From NCBI RefSeq assembly GCF_000181795.1, contig NW_003526943.1, positions 2,737,666 through 2,801,665 on the forward strand: 64,000 nucleotides of DNA, given 5' to 3'. This DNA is from Trichinella spiralis. Lineage: Eukaryota. Positions 1-11,500 of the stretch are shown here, piece after piece. The notes beneath the pieces are model-generated. The model had not been told where the DNA came from and made no database searches. It saw nothing but the letters and a program-made list of their open reading frames with translations. Every line of letters starts with the position of its first letter. Position 1 is the first letter of the stretch. The position numbers and the translations under genes were made by a program.

Positions 1-2634
1 TAAGACCCTAAGAATAATGGCAAGTTTGAAGTGGCCAGATGGGGTGGATGTTTTGCACATTAGTTATTGCTTTGTTTATATTTGTATTATTATTGGTGTT
101 TTAAAAGCGTTGCGTTGTTTTTTTTCTCAGTAATTGTCGAAAGTTTCTTTCGGGCATTGCTAAATTAATTTTCATCTTTTCCTCAATGCAGCGATGGTCT
201 TGGTTGTTGCTCAGTTGTGCACATCTTCATCTATCAGGCCAGAAGAGTGTGAGTGCTGGCGAAGATTGAGCCAAAAACTAGCTTTTAAGTTTTTGCAAAG
301 CTCATACTTTGCAATGCCAGTTGCGTGAACTTATATTTTAAACATTATTTAATACACTTCAGGGTAACGAGAACTAACCTTTGTCTCATATTTTATACTG
401 CTGGGTTTTTACGTTGCGTCATGGCTGTTTTGAATTTCGTAATTTGAAAATACGGCAATATTTCTTGAAGAAATCATCTTTCAGTTTATCTGTGAATTAA
501 CAAATGGAAACATATTTTTATTATTTATATTTACATGAAAGATACATGTATTTATAAATGAAAATGCTACATCAATTGAAATGGCCGAAACAGTTAAGAG
601 CTTAGTCATTGGTTTTTATGTGTTTACGCTTCATTTACGCTGTTCGTTAATAATTGTTGGCTTTTCGGCGTCTTTCATTAATTTTATGTGAATAGACTTG
701 ACATTTCTTGCGCTCTACAGCTGATTAGAATTTAACATATTTGACATTGCAAAGCATGTTTGGTGTAATGCACATTGGACGGTGCTTTTTTCGTTATTTG
801 TAATGTTGTTTGCATTTTTGTGATTTTTTCCGCTTCTTCATTGACTATGCGTAACGTATGAGTAATTCATACAACCGTTGATTGAAATACGAATACTTTA
901 TTTATTATTATTATTATTGTTTTTTTTTGAAATATAATTTTTAATTTTTCTTTACAACTATGAGAATTGATTTATGCATTTGTAGTTGCAGTTCAAATTG
1001 ATCAGCTTTCGAAAATTCTTCGTCAACTGTTCTCGTTTTCTTATTTTATCAGACGACGGCGATTTATTCGTATCATTTAATGATTTAACTATCGTGCAGC
1101 ATTTAGTTTTGTTGTGATGATGCAAATATTTTTTTCGATTTTATTTTCTTTGGAAAAGAATTTATTTAATTATGAATATTTGCTTACTAGATCATTATGA
1201 AATGTACAATAACTTGTAAATGGTGTGAATAAAAAATATTTTGATGAACTTTTTTTTGACTAAATTTATTTTACTTCAGCTTTGTAGATTGTTATAATTT
1301 AAATTAAATTGAAAAAAAATTCGGTGTTCTATACGTTGTGTAATATATATTGTTTTTTTTCCACTAATTGAAAAGTTAAGTTTCAGTTTCGCTCAAAGGA
1401 TAGTCGTCGATTGAAAAAGATGTCCAATCTTTCAATTGTAATTTGTGTGGTGAATGACTTGTCCAAATTTTTGACCCAATTTTACAATACAGATGACACA
1501 CCTTGATTGATCAAGGCAACGAATTTGATGTGTTCTTGTTGTTGAAGATTTTCCATATTGAACTTCTTCTTAGTGACGTAAAGAAAATTAGCCCATGACC
1601 ATTTATTATTCTATTTTTACATTTTCAATTCGACAAAAGATGAACGAATGATTTTTGGTGTCAAATTAATTGATTTATTAAGTGCATCTTAAATTAATTT
1701 GGATGGCGAAATTGGAAAATGACAGCCTGAACAGTAGAATTGATAGATTTCGTTTAATGGATTTGATTATACATCGATCTTGTCAATATTTAGCTGCAAT
1801 TTTTTTTATCTCTTATTCACTCTAATTATATTCTCTAATTCTATCTAATTATATTATTCTCTTAATTTATTCACTCTTTCTACCGATAATATTTCTTTTT
1901 TTTCATTTTTCATGGAAATTTTTATAAATTAATTTTCAGATGACTTAATTCTGTATATATACTCTTGTTATTCATTGTTGAAACACCGCACTGCTTAACA
2001 GAAAGGTAACTTTATTGAACAACTGTTGCTTTTCATTTCAGTTACACATACATATATTTATTTATTTTACTTCGAGCAGGTGGTTGGTATAAAAAATATT
2101 GATAAAAATGGAGCAGATGAATATAGAATTGCTTCACTGGAATAAAAATTATTTGAAAATTAATGTGAGCAGAATTTAATTAGTTTTAGTCAAATCGAAT
2201 TTTTTTAGCAATTTTAAAAGCATAAAATTCTTTGTATGTTATTAAATGGCGGATTGTATCGCCGTTTAGACAGATGTTTTTTAATTCAAAACGATGAAAC
2301 TGTGCTAGTTTATTTTGTTATTGTTTCGCATTATTTATTGTAAATGTACTTTTGAGTTTTCTGCTAATAAGTATGATGCTTTCTGTGAAATATATTATGT
2401 ATGTATGATGATGAAATGTGAACGTGTGTATGAATTGCTTTATTTTATGCATTGTATAAAATCTTTTTATATGGTTATTTATTTTAATCATTTTAACTTT
2501 ACACGGAAATTGTAAAACTGTGAAATGAAGCCTTTGAGAGAAAACAGCGCTATAGGTTGTTAATATTTGGGAATAAAAAATAAATAAATAATAATTATTA
2601 TGACTATTCGTTTATTAATAATCTTTTTATTTAG

Positions 2635-4573
2635 GCATCGTGCCATTATCGATTACTTGAAAACAAATGGCTTTAGCGAAGCAGTTGAAGCGTTTTGCAG
2701 AGAATTAGACATTGTATTATTGTAAAGTATTGTTTATTATTTTTTCGTGCATTTTTCTTAATTTTTAGCCTGTGGATGATGGAGATAAAAAGTTTTCTGG
2801 TCTACTTGAGAAGAAATGGGTTTCTGTTATTCGCCTTCAAAAGAAGGTAATGCTTTTTTCTGCATGCCGTATAATTTTCTGAGCCCATTATAAATTTACT
2901 GGTTAATGCACTGCAAAATATATTAATTTTCAAAATTAAAACTTTTTTTTTACTGTCAAAGTTAAATGTTGCCTGAAGGCTGTTCATGCCTTGTCATTTC
3001 ATTTAAAAGTACAAATATTGTACTTTGTAATGTGATATAAAATATTAATATGAAGATTTTTTCATCAATGGAATCACAACGTGTATGTTGGAATTGTTTT
3101 CTTTTATTTATTAGGTAATAGACCTAGAAGCGAAATTATCTGAGACGGAAAAAGAGTACATTCTTGGTGCTCCAACTCGAGACAAGCGATCGCCGACCGA
3201 ATGGATTCCTCGACCTCCGGAAAAGTACACACTCAGTGGACATCGAGCGTCCGTTGTGCGAGTGGTGTTTCATCCGGTATTCAGTCTTATTGCGACTTGC
3301 AGCGAAGATGCGACGATTAAAGTGATTTTTCAAAATTCATATTCATAATAGGAATTGTAATTTTTGCTTTTGTTATCTTGCTTTAGATATGGGATTTTGA
3401 AACTGGCGACTTCGAAAAGACCCTGAAAGGGCATACAGACTGTGTCCAAGACATTGCATTTGACCATACAGGAAAATTATTAGGTAGATATTGTTGAATT
3501 CCTTTTTTTTATTTTGTTATTGACTTGTTGGTTTTATGCTGATGTTGTTTTATTATTTTAGCGTCATGCTCTGCCGATATGTCAGTGAAATTGTGGGATT
3601 TTCAAACTTACGATTGTATTCGCACTTTGAACGGACACGATCACAACGTCAGCAGCGTTGCATTCCTCCCCAGTGGTGATTTCCTCGTCTCTGCTTCCAG
3701 AGACAAAACGATAAAACTGTGGGAGCTCAGTACGGGGTGAGTTTGCAATCGACGATATGTATATATTATATTGTACATTGTATTATTATTTATTATACAG
3801 CATTGCATTAGTATTATTGTCTATGTGGTTTTTGTTTTAGTTACTGCGTCAAAACGTTCACTGGCCATCGTGAATGGGTTCGCATGGTGCGAGTGAGTCC
3901 TGATGGCTCTTTGCTTGCATCTTGCGGTAATGACCAGGTACGGATGAAATCTGCTTGAAAAAAGGAGCTTTCATTTTCAATGTTTTCAGACAGTGCGTGT
4001 TTGGGCTGTCGCTACGAAGGAATGCAAGGCAGAGCTGAGAGACCATGATCATGTAGTTGAATGTGTTTGCTGGGCGAACGATTCTGTCATTCCACACATC
4101 AACGAAGGAACCGCAAATGGGGCGGCCGCACTGCAAAGGCAAGGACCGTTTTTGGCATCCGGCTCTCGAGATAAAACCATAAAAGTTTGGGATGTTAGCA
4201 TAGGAGTCTGCCTGTTCACTTTGGTATTTGCTTATTATTCAATTAGCTTAGTTTGTTGTTGTTGAATAAATTTTATATTTTCAGAGTGATCATGACAATT
4301 GGATTCGTTGTCTGCGGTTTCATCCTCGTGGAAAGTATTTACTTTCAGTTAGCGACGATAAAACAATGCGAATATGGAGTATAGCTGGTAGAAGGTGCCA
4401 AAAAACTATCGAGGCGCATAATCATTTTGTTACTTCTCTTGGTAATTGAGTGTAAAGAGAAAATTTTTATTTGAAATTAAATTGAATGGTTTGATTTAGA
4501 TTTCCACGAAACAGCACCATACGTTGTCACTAGCAGCGTCGACCAGTCTGTAAAGGTGTGGGAGTGCAGATGA
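2635..4573 (+). CDS. lis-1: Lissencephaly-1 homolog (LisH, coiled coil, WD40 repeats); first coding exon not located
   Basis: Exons 2635-2713 ([20 protein letters not shown]), 2769-2846 ([16 protein letters not shown]), 3115-3321 ([41 protein letters not shown]), ~3389-3483, ~3562-3736, ~3841-3937, ~3990-4222, ~4285-4441 and ~4500-4573 ending KVWECR-stop. These are diagnostic LIS1 motifs with GT-AG introns. Confidence 0.97.
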
Positions 4574-5467
4574 CGACAACGTTGAACGCCGAAGATGTAT
4601 TTCTGTCAACTTTTTGCCAATTTTACCATTATGCTTTGTCATTGTTGTCTTCGCAGTTTTTAAGCTTTTTTAATTTGCTGCATATATATGTATGTATATT
4701 AATCAATGAGTGTAATGATGGTCTTTAGCCAAAGCAACAAACATATTGCGCAAATGTGCAACCAATTTCATCATTAATTGTGCATGTATGTGTCAGTGTG
4801 TCGACAGACATATTCGGGTGTTGCTTTAAACAACTGGGAGCTCAGATTCGACGAACGCTTGGATGCGTTCAGATTATCACTGTCCCCGCTTGCTTGTCTC
4901 ATGTTTCGCATTTTTTATACGCTCGCTCTCACTGCACATGATATGCCCGCGTTCAAGTGTTTCACTTGTTCCTCCATACCTGGAAATTTTCTTTCCATAT
5001 TTTACGCTGTATTTTAAGCATAATCAGTACGATAACAGCCATTTGTATTATGCGTATGCGGTATACATACATACATGTATGTATGTAGATGGATATACTT
5101 GTATATATATGTGTGTGCGTGTGAATCGCTTTTGTTAACTTGTCTTCCATTCGATATTGCAATTTGCTTATTGCGTTTTGCTATTGGTTTTTTTATGCAT
5201 TTCGATTCCTATTTATTTCATATTCATGCATTTTTTGCATGCACTTTATACCTAATGTGGTAAAGCGTTTCTGGTAAAGTCGTGTCGACTATTGGTTGTT
5301 TCGATTTGCAATATTTTGAAAGGGCTTTATCCTTGAAATAATATATTTTTTAAAGAGTCGTATCATTGAGCTGAAATTCAGTATTTTTTAATTAATTAAT
5401 TAATTTTTTTTCAAGAAGAATAAAGTTTTTGTTCTTTGATTTCCAAGATAGACGACAATATTGTCGG

Positions 5468-5896
5468 ATGGTTGTTGGTTCGACCACGGGATCTAAGGTG
5501 ATCAAACGGTTCTGGGATGATGCTCTACTGCTGGGCCGTGTGATCAAGCAAGCATCGGTCGGTTATGAGAAATTGCCCTGCGTGCGGGTTCGCGTCCGGC
5601 GCGACGAGTACAACGAATATTTGCACGCGTTCTACTCGAAGCCGACGGATTTTTGGGCATTGAACAAGCAGTCGTTGGCAGCGGTCGGCGACACGGTGCT
5701 CATAAGGAAAATGCAATCACCACCATTGCCGACGGTTACTCATTGCTTGGAGCGAATCGTTTTCCAACACGGTTGTCCGATTGATCCGATTACAAAAAAG
5801 CGTATAATTCACGACGAATATGAGGAAATTGTGCAATTTCGAAATCAATCAATTCATGATATTCTGGACGAAAAGTCAACCAAAACTACTCAATAA
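5468..5896 (+). CDS. mrps-17: Mitochondrial ribosomal protein S17 (uS17m), intronless
   Basis: ORF contains LLLGRVI...VRVRVRRDEYNEYLHAFYSKPTDFWAL...VGDTVLIRK...THCLERIVFQHGCPIDPITKKR, matching the metazoan MRPS17 pattern. ATG at 5468 follows an acceptor-like AG. Confidence 0.9.
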   Translation: MVVGSTTGSKVIKRFWDDALLLGRVIKQASVGYEKLPCVRVRVRRDEYNEYLHAFYSKPTDFWALNKQSLAAVGDTVLIRKMQSPPLPTVTHCLERIVFQHGCPIDPITKKRIIHDEYEEIVQFRNQSIHDILDEKSTKTTQ

Positions 5897-6054
5897 TAAT
5901 AATAATAATAATTAATAAATGGAAATGAACAAATTTTGTTCTTGTTGTTGTTGTTGTTGTTATCTTTGCGTTGGATGTGATGCTACTTTTAAAAATGAAT
6001 CACTTTGTGATGAAGTTATACTTTCATTGTATGTTTTTAGTTGAAATAAGCAGC
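5897..6054 (+). promoter_or_regulatory. Candidate operon intercistronic region (polyA signal, U-rich elements, trans-splice acceptor)
   Basis: AATAAA at 5914-5919, (TTG)n tract at ~5941-5960, TAYYTT motifs at 5961, 5984 and 6019, and acceptor tttttag ending at 6040, 14 nt before the POP1 ATG. Confidence 0.6.
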
Positions 6055-8562
6055 ATGAGCTTGCTCGAGTCGTGTCCAAGAAGTGTCGACGCGAAGAGTT
6101 ACGTGCAACGTCGGGTCGAGTCGATCAGTCAACTGCTCGCGGTGGTCGACAATGAAATGCTTCCAAAGGGCGAAGTGACTCACGGACCCAGGACATTTTT
6201 GCAACGTCTTCCCAGGCACATGCGACGCAGGGCGATGAGCCGCAACGTGAAACGTTTGCCTCGTCGTTGTCGATTTCCCGCTCAGAGGCTGCTTGAAAAT
6301 GCCAAGCTAAGAAAAAAGTTGCCCAATCGGTCGCGACGTCGAAGACCTTCCAACTTGGTCCGCGAGTACGTTCGCCGGCAGGGGAAGTGCCGATGGTTGG
6401 AAACGCACATTTGGCATGCCAAGCGGTTCCGAATGGTCGAAGCTTGGCAGTTCAAATTAGCGTTGGGCGGTTTTCAGAGAAGCTGGAGAGCGACTTTTCG
6501 TGACGCGGCCAAACATGCCACCATGAGAGACGTGTCGCACATGATTCTGTTACGCTTGTCTGGACAGGAGGGCGGTTTGTTGGACGGCTTGAGACGCTTG
6601 TGCAGCAGTCGACTGGGTTTGACGTTCGGCGCCGCTTCCACTTTGGACGGTTCGCGTGAAGGGTCGTCGGTGCTCTACCGGGCTGATCAGTATCCTTTCC
6701 ACTGCATTGGTCCGGTGAATTTTCTCTGGCAGCCGTCGTCGTCCACCGGCGAACATTGTTGTCGACGAATATTGTGGCTTTGGATTCATCCGTCGGTCAA
6801 GGATGAACTGGTCGCTGAACTTTGTCGTGTATTTGGCCTGGTCGAAGTTGAAAAACGTGAAGATGTCACTGACGAGAAGTTTCACAGTTTGACTGAGTTT
6901 CGAATGAACGTTCAGTTGGCTGGTGCAGAAGATTATTGCTCTGCGGATGAAAGCGGTGTGAAGTTGACGATCATGGATCGTATGCTTTTGCGATTTCGGC
7001 TCACCGGCCCCAAATCGACCGCCATACTGGACCAAGCGTTGAACATGCGCAAATCGTTCGAGCGGGTTAGCCAACTGTTGAACAGCGAACAGTCGAATTG
7101 GGTGAAAAGTTACTTTTCAGAAAACCCCCGTCTGGCCGAATGTTTGGCACAGCATACCGAAGCTTGGACACGCGAAGTGTTTTGGAGAAATCCCGCCGAA
7201 CTTGCGCCACGAATTGTACTTTCGTATTTGATAAGAAATCCACGTTTGGAATTCACTTTTAGGAAAACGTTACCAGATCAGAATGGAAGTCAAAACACCA
7301 ACTTGGACAGTTGTTGTTCATTGTTGGACGGTGACAACGGGCAGTTGCCATTTTCCCCACTATGGGATGACGGTTTCAGGGCTGAAGTTTTGCGAAGAAA
7401 AGCTTCGCAGCGTGAAATTGACAAAGTCAAACAACAACGCATAGTGAAAACCGCTCAGACGGACATGAGCCATTTGGAATCTTTCGTGCCTGTTTTGTTA
7501 ATTCAACGTCCAGGATCACAAGATGAGAATGATCATCTGGGTTGCGGTTGGGATTTGGTCGTTCCGAGCGACTGGGGGATGGAATTTTGGCTAGCGATGC
7601 AATATTCCACCGCCCGAGCGGTGGGCTTGGACCATTCGAGAATGTTGGCCGCAGAGAGGGGAGTTTTTCATTTCCCCGAAGCTTGGCACGACTGCCCAGC
7701 CGGCCAAACGTGGAACGCAGATTGTTGTGAACGAGATTTGCAAGCGTACAAAAAGCGGCCGAAAAATCGTCGACTACGCTATGACAAACTGAAAGTGAAA
7801 TATCCGTTTGAATTTCCCTGGGCTGAATTGAACGCCATTTGGACAAAGACGACCAATGATGGTTCCTATTTTGTTCTTCGTGATCGGGAAATGTTGAACT
7901 CGTTAGCGCTTTTCAGTGAACCGAAGCTGGATGCTGATTTCGCAAAGATTTGTTCGAAAGCGTTGGTCCAAGTGAAAATTCGTTGTCTCAGCCGGGGTAT
8001 TGTCAAGCGTTACGCTATGATATGCATGCCGAGTGCGGAAGATGTGGTTTGTCTAATGAATGGTCAACTGCGCGTTGTTGAGATGGTCTCAGGAAATTTT
8101 CAGAGGGATGAATTGCACAAATCAGAAAAGTTGGCTGAAGAAAAACTGACAATGAGAAAACAACAGGGGCAAGAAAAAGAAGAAGAAGAAGAAGAATTTA
8201 TAAGTTTTGAGGAAAATGAAAAAGAAGTTTCATTTGACATTTTATTTGATGAATGTTTATCTGTAGCGGCAAAAAAACGAAAAAATCAACTTCCCGAGCA
8301 TGTCGCAGCTTCAATGGAAACAGATCACGCAACTGAAGATGTTAATAGTAGGAATGTGGTTGGTTTTGCAATAGATGGTGGGTATTCATTAAGCAGGGGC
8401 TGTGGGATTGGGATTGGACTTTGCAGTTATGCTGCACTTCAGAATTTGATTTCTACTAGTGTCAAAATTCATTCCGGACTGTTTGTGCTTTGTCGAAACA
8501 AGACAACTAGAAAATATTTTCCAGCCATACTTAACATTGCTGCAGCAGATTTTTCACTTTGA
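6055..8562 (+). CDS. pop1: RNase P/MRP protein subunit POP1, single long exon
   Basis: LQRLPRHMRRRAMSRNVKRLP, WLETHIWHAKRFRM (W-box) and GCGWDLVVPSDWGMEFWLAM (POPLD) motifs; C-terminal VVGFAIDGGYSLSRGCGIG. Likely ATG at 6055, just after the tttttag at 6034-6040. Confidence 0.96.
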   Translation: MSLLESCPRSVDAKSYVQRRVESISQLLAVVDNEMLPKGEVTHGPRTFLQRLPRHMRRRAMSRNVKRLPRRCRFPAQRLLENAKLRKKLPNRSRRRRPSNLVREYVRRQGKCRWLETHIWHAKRFRMVEAWQFKLALGGFQRSWRATFRDAAKHATMRDVSHMILLRLSGQEGGLLDGLRRLCSSRLGLTFGAASTLDGSREGSSVLYRADQYPFHCIGPVNFLWQPSSSTGEHCCRRILWLWIHPSVKDELVAELCRVFGLVEVEKREDVTDEKFHSLTEFRMNVQLAGAEDYCSADESGVKLTIMDRMLLRFRLTGPKSTAILDQALNMRKSFERVSQLLNSEQSNWVKSYFSENPRLAECLAQHTEAWTREVFWRNPAELAPRIVLSYLIRNPRLEFTFRKTLPDQNGSQNTNLDSCCSLLDGDNGQLPFSPLWDDGFRAEVLRRKASQREIDKVKQQRIVKTAQTDMSHLESFVPVLLIQRPGSQDENDHLGCGWDLVVPSDWGMEFWLAMQYSTARAVGLDHSRMLAAERGVFHFPEAWHDCPAGQTWNADCCERDLQAYKKRPKNRRLRYDKLKVKYPFEFPWAELNAIWTKTTNDGSYFVLRDREMLNSLALFSEPKLDADFAKICSKALVQVKIRCLSRGIVKRYAMICMPSAEDVVCLMNGQLRVVEMVSGNFQRDELHKSEKLAEEKLTMRKQQGQEKEEEEEEFISFEENEKEVSFDILFDECLSVAAKKRKNQLPEHVAASMETDHATEDVNSRNVVGFAIDGGYSLSRGCGIGIGLCSYAALQNLISTSVKIHSGLFVLCRNKTTRKYFPAILNIAAADFSL

Positions 8563-11500
8563 AATCTGTTTGATTTATTTATTTATTTATTCTCACTTGT
8601 TATATATATACATTATACTTTTTGATTTGTTATGAAATATAATTTTAATAAATTGCAATAGTTCAGGAAATTCGTCAAAATATGTTCTGGTAGAAAAGAA
8701 TTATATAGAAGACAGCTGCTTTTGCTGCTAGCTATGCTTTTTCAAAACGAACATTTATATGCAGTATGCATTTTATCAAATCTGCATCACAATTGTTGAG
8801 CAATATAATTCTTGATGATGACGGTTCATATTTAAAACTTGATGTTTTATCCACTTTTCAATTTATTTGTCTGGATGGTGAACAAAATCATATGAACGTT
8901 TTATGTATGATATGTTTTGAAAATAGATTCAGTCAAGCAGATTAATTAATGTAAAGTTAGCGCATTTGACTTATTTTGTTAAAAGTGCAAAATTTATTTT
9001 GAGTGATGCAAAAAATAAAAGTTAGCTGAAAACCTCAAATATAATGAATACGTGTGATGTATGAATATATTTTATGCTGCAGCATCATATCAGATGTGAG
9101 AAAAGTTAGTGATTGATTAGATTGCTATTTATAATCATATTCTGTTTCATTTACAGCAACATTTTTATTTTCAACAAAGTTTTAAATTTCTAATTGAACG
9201 ACTGACTAACTATGAAGTGCTTCTGCCAAATTCATTTCTGCTTTAAAAAGGAAAAATATGTAAAAATGTCAGTGTTCATTTTCAAATTTATAAATATCAC
9301 ATATCATTTAGTTATTATGCAAGAGTTCGAAAATTAAATGGCTTAAATTTTTAAACAAACAAAATAATAATTAACATTTGCGTGCAAATTAAAATTTAAT
9401 AATGCTACTTATACACAGCTTTGACATTTTCACCATATGAGGTTAATTAATTTTAATTTCACAGATCAAGCAAATTACATAAAATATATATTATATATTG
9501 AAGAAACTTTTATTAATGCATTCGATGATTTTATTGTAATTGATGGCTTAATTCTCATTTGTAGGAGTGTTGTAAATAAAACCTCATTTCAGAGTAATTT
9601 TTCCTCTCCCCTATGTGCGGAATTCATTTCAACTGCAATTACTTTAAACGTTTCGTCGCTTTCTTCAACTAATTAATTTCTGCTTCCTTTGAGATTACCT
9701 TTTACTATGCAGTATCATAATTTTCATCATAATAAATGAACCTCATTACTGTATGCTAGAGATTGACATTTTTAGACCATACATTTAATAATAATATTTT
9801 TATAATAAAACTTTATCATCACTAAATGCTTCTAAATTTCAAATAGTGAAAATGAAATTTATATCAACAGGGGAAATTTTACTTTTGAAATGACAAAACT
9901 TCACTGATAACTGAACGCAACAGGCAATGAATGCTAAACATAGTGAAGAATAAATGGCTCAAATAAATTAAAAAGTTTCAAATATTTTAGCATTTGCATC
10001 AGTTAATTCATCAAGTTAATGTAATTAAAAATGCGCATTCCAAGTAATAAATATCTAAATATAAAATAATTTTCATAAGTCACAAAGTTCATGGGTTCAT
10101 CCTTGTCTAGTTCAGATTTTCTGTTCCCTGTAGTAGTTAGTACTGGAATTAAGAATATAAGTTATATTCAAAAGTTTTGAATAAATGCATCCATTATAAT
10201 TATTATTTAAACATCTCAAAACTATCCAATTATTTAATCTCCTGACATTTGCTCAATCGTTTGGAGTTTTTGAAAATTCATTTTCTTTGATTTCTGAATT
10301 TTTTTTATTATTTAAAAATAGCAGTTTCAATGCTAACAGTTGATTTATTTATTTTTAAATCATTTAACCTTTCCGGTGATAAACTGAAGCGAATTTTATA
10401 TAAAATTTTGCCATTACTTAGTTCTCTTGACTTTTACAGTAAATGTCATGTAAAAAGTGTATTTTGGTGAGGCCATCCTCAGCAGCAACGCATGATCATC
10501 AACAATAGTGATCTTCATGCTAAGTTAGATACCTTATAATAAAAAAAATGCAATGCATCAAGATGTTAGCGTCGCTGTTTCAGTTTTTAAAAAATGCTGC
10601 ATTCGAAAAGAGTTTTCAAGTACAACTGCCATTGAACTAAAGGAACTTTCTCCAAGGACCAAGGAGGAATTTTCAGATTTCCAGAGGGAATTTTGTCTTC
10701 AGAGTTGTAAACTCTAAATGAAATGAATTAAAATACCCTGGCATTCTACTGGACATTTTTGTCCATTGAAATGGAAAAGTCCATTATAAAAATAATCGAA
10801 GTAAATGTACATGTGCCAACATAATAATAAGTACATTTTCAATATTACATTTGCATTATTAGCAGCCGAACAGTCTACAAAGGAGAGAATGACTTTCTGA
10901 CAAACGGTGAAAATGATGCATGGGAAAAAAGGTTGAGATCACCGATGCAAGCATATTATAAAATATCGCACCCTGAAATCACTGAAGTTAAACTGATTAA
11001 AATATTTTAACACAGCTACTGAGATGAATTTATAATTTTTAAGCGGCAATGTCATCTAAGATAAAATGAAAAAACATGCTTTATAATGTTTAATTAAACC
11101 TTAAAATTAGTACTTAAAATCTTCAATTTTAGCAAAATAATAATTTAAATGCTCAGTTTTTGTATTGAAAACTCACCTGCTTTATGTACTGCTTCAAGAG
11201 GAAAAATTTTGATCAGAATCGATTTGAATTTTCAATACATTGCATAATTAATTTAAAATGTAATTAAGAGAGATTTTTAAAATGTATTCTAAATTTAAGG
11301 CTTTAAAAAATTTTTATTTTTGTACACAAAAACATAAAGCTGTGCAGTTACTTGTTCAACTTTGCTTAATTTTTAAAATGCTGTAATAGTTAAATATTTA
11401 CAAAAAATTCATTTAAAAAAAAGAATTCATTTATCATTATCAATGAATATTCATACAATATCTTTTAGAATGATTATTAAATTAGTATGCAAATTTAGAA

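Noticed and set aside
1..2634. Candidates for the LIS1 first coding exon (186-249, 1420-1437, 1940-2005, 2525-2555)
   Set aside because: None gives an ATG-led frame in phase 2 that joins the 2635 exon and resembles MVLSxRQxEEL. The true exon may lie outside the window.
4780..5270. Short ORFs and a GAACGC/GCGTTC hairpin near POP1, considered as a possible RNase P/MRP RNA
   Set aside because: No CR-I/CR-V P4 motifs are recognisable; best explained as LIS1 3' UTR.
6037..7846. Antisense and alternative-frame ORFs over POP1
   Set aside because: Shadow ORFs of a GC-rich coding exon with no recognisable motifs.
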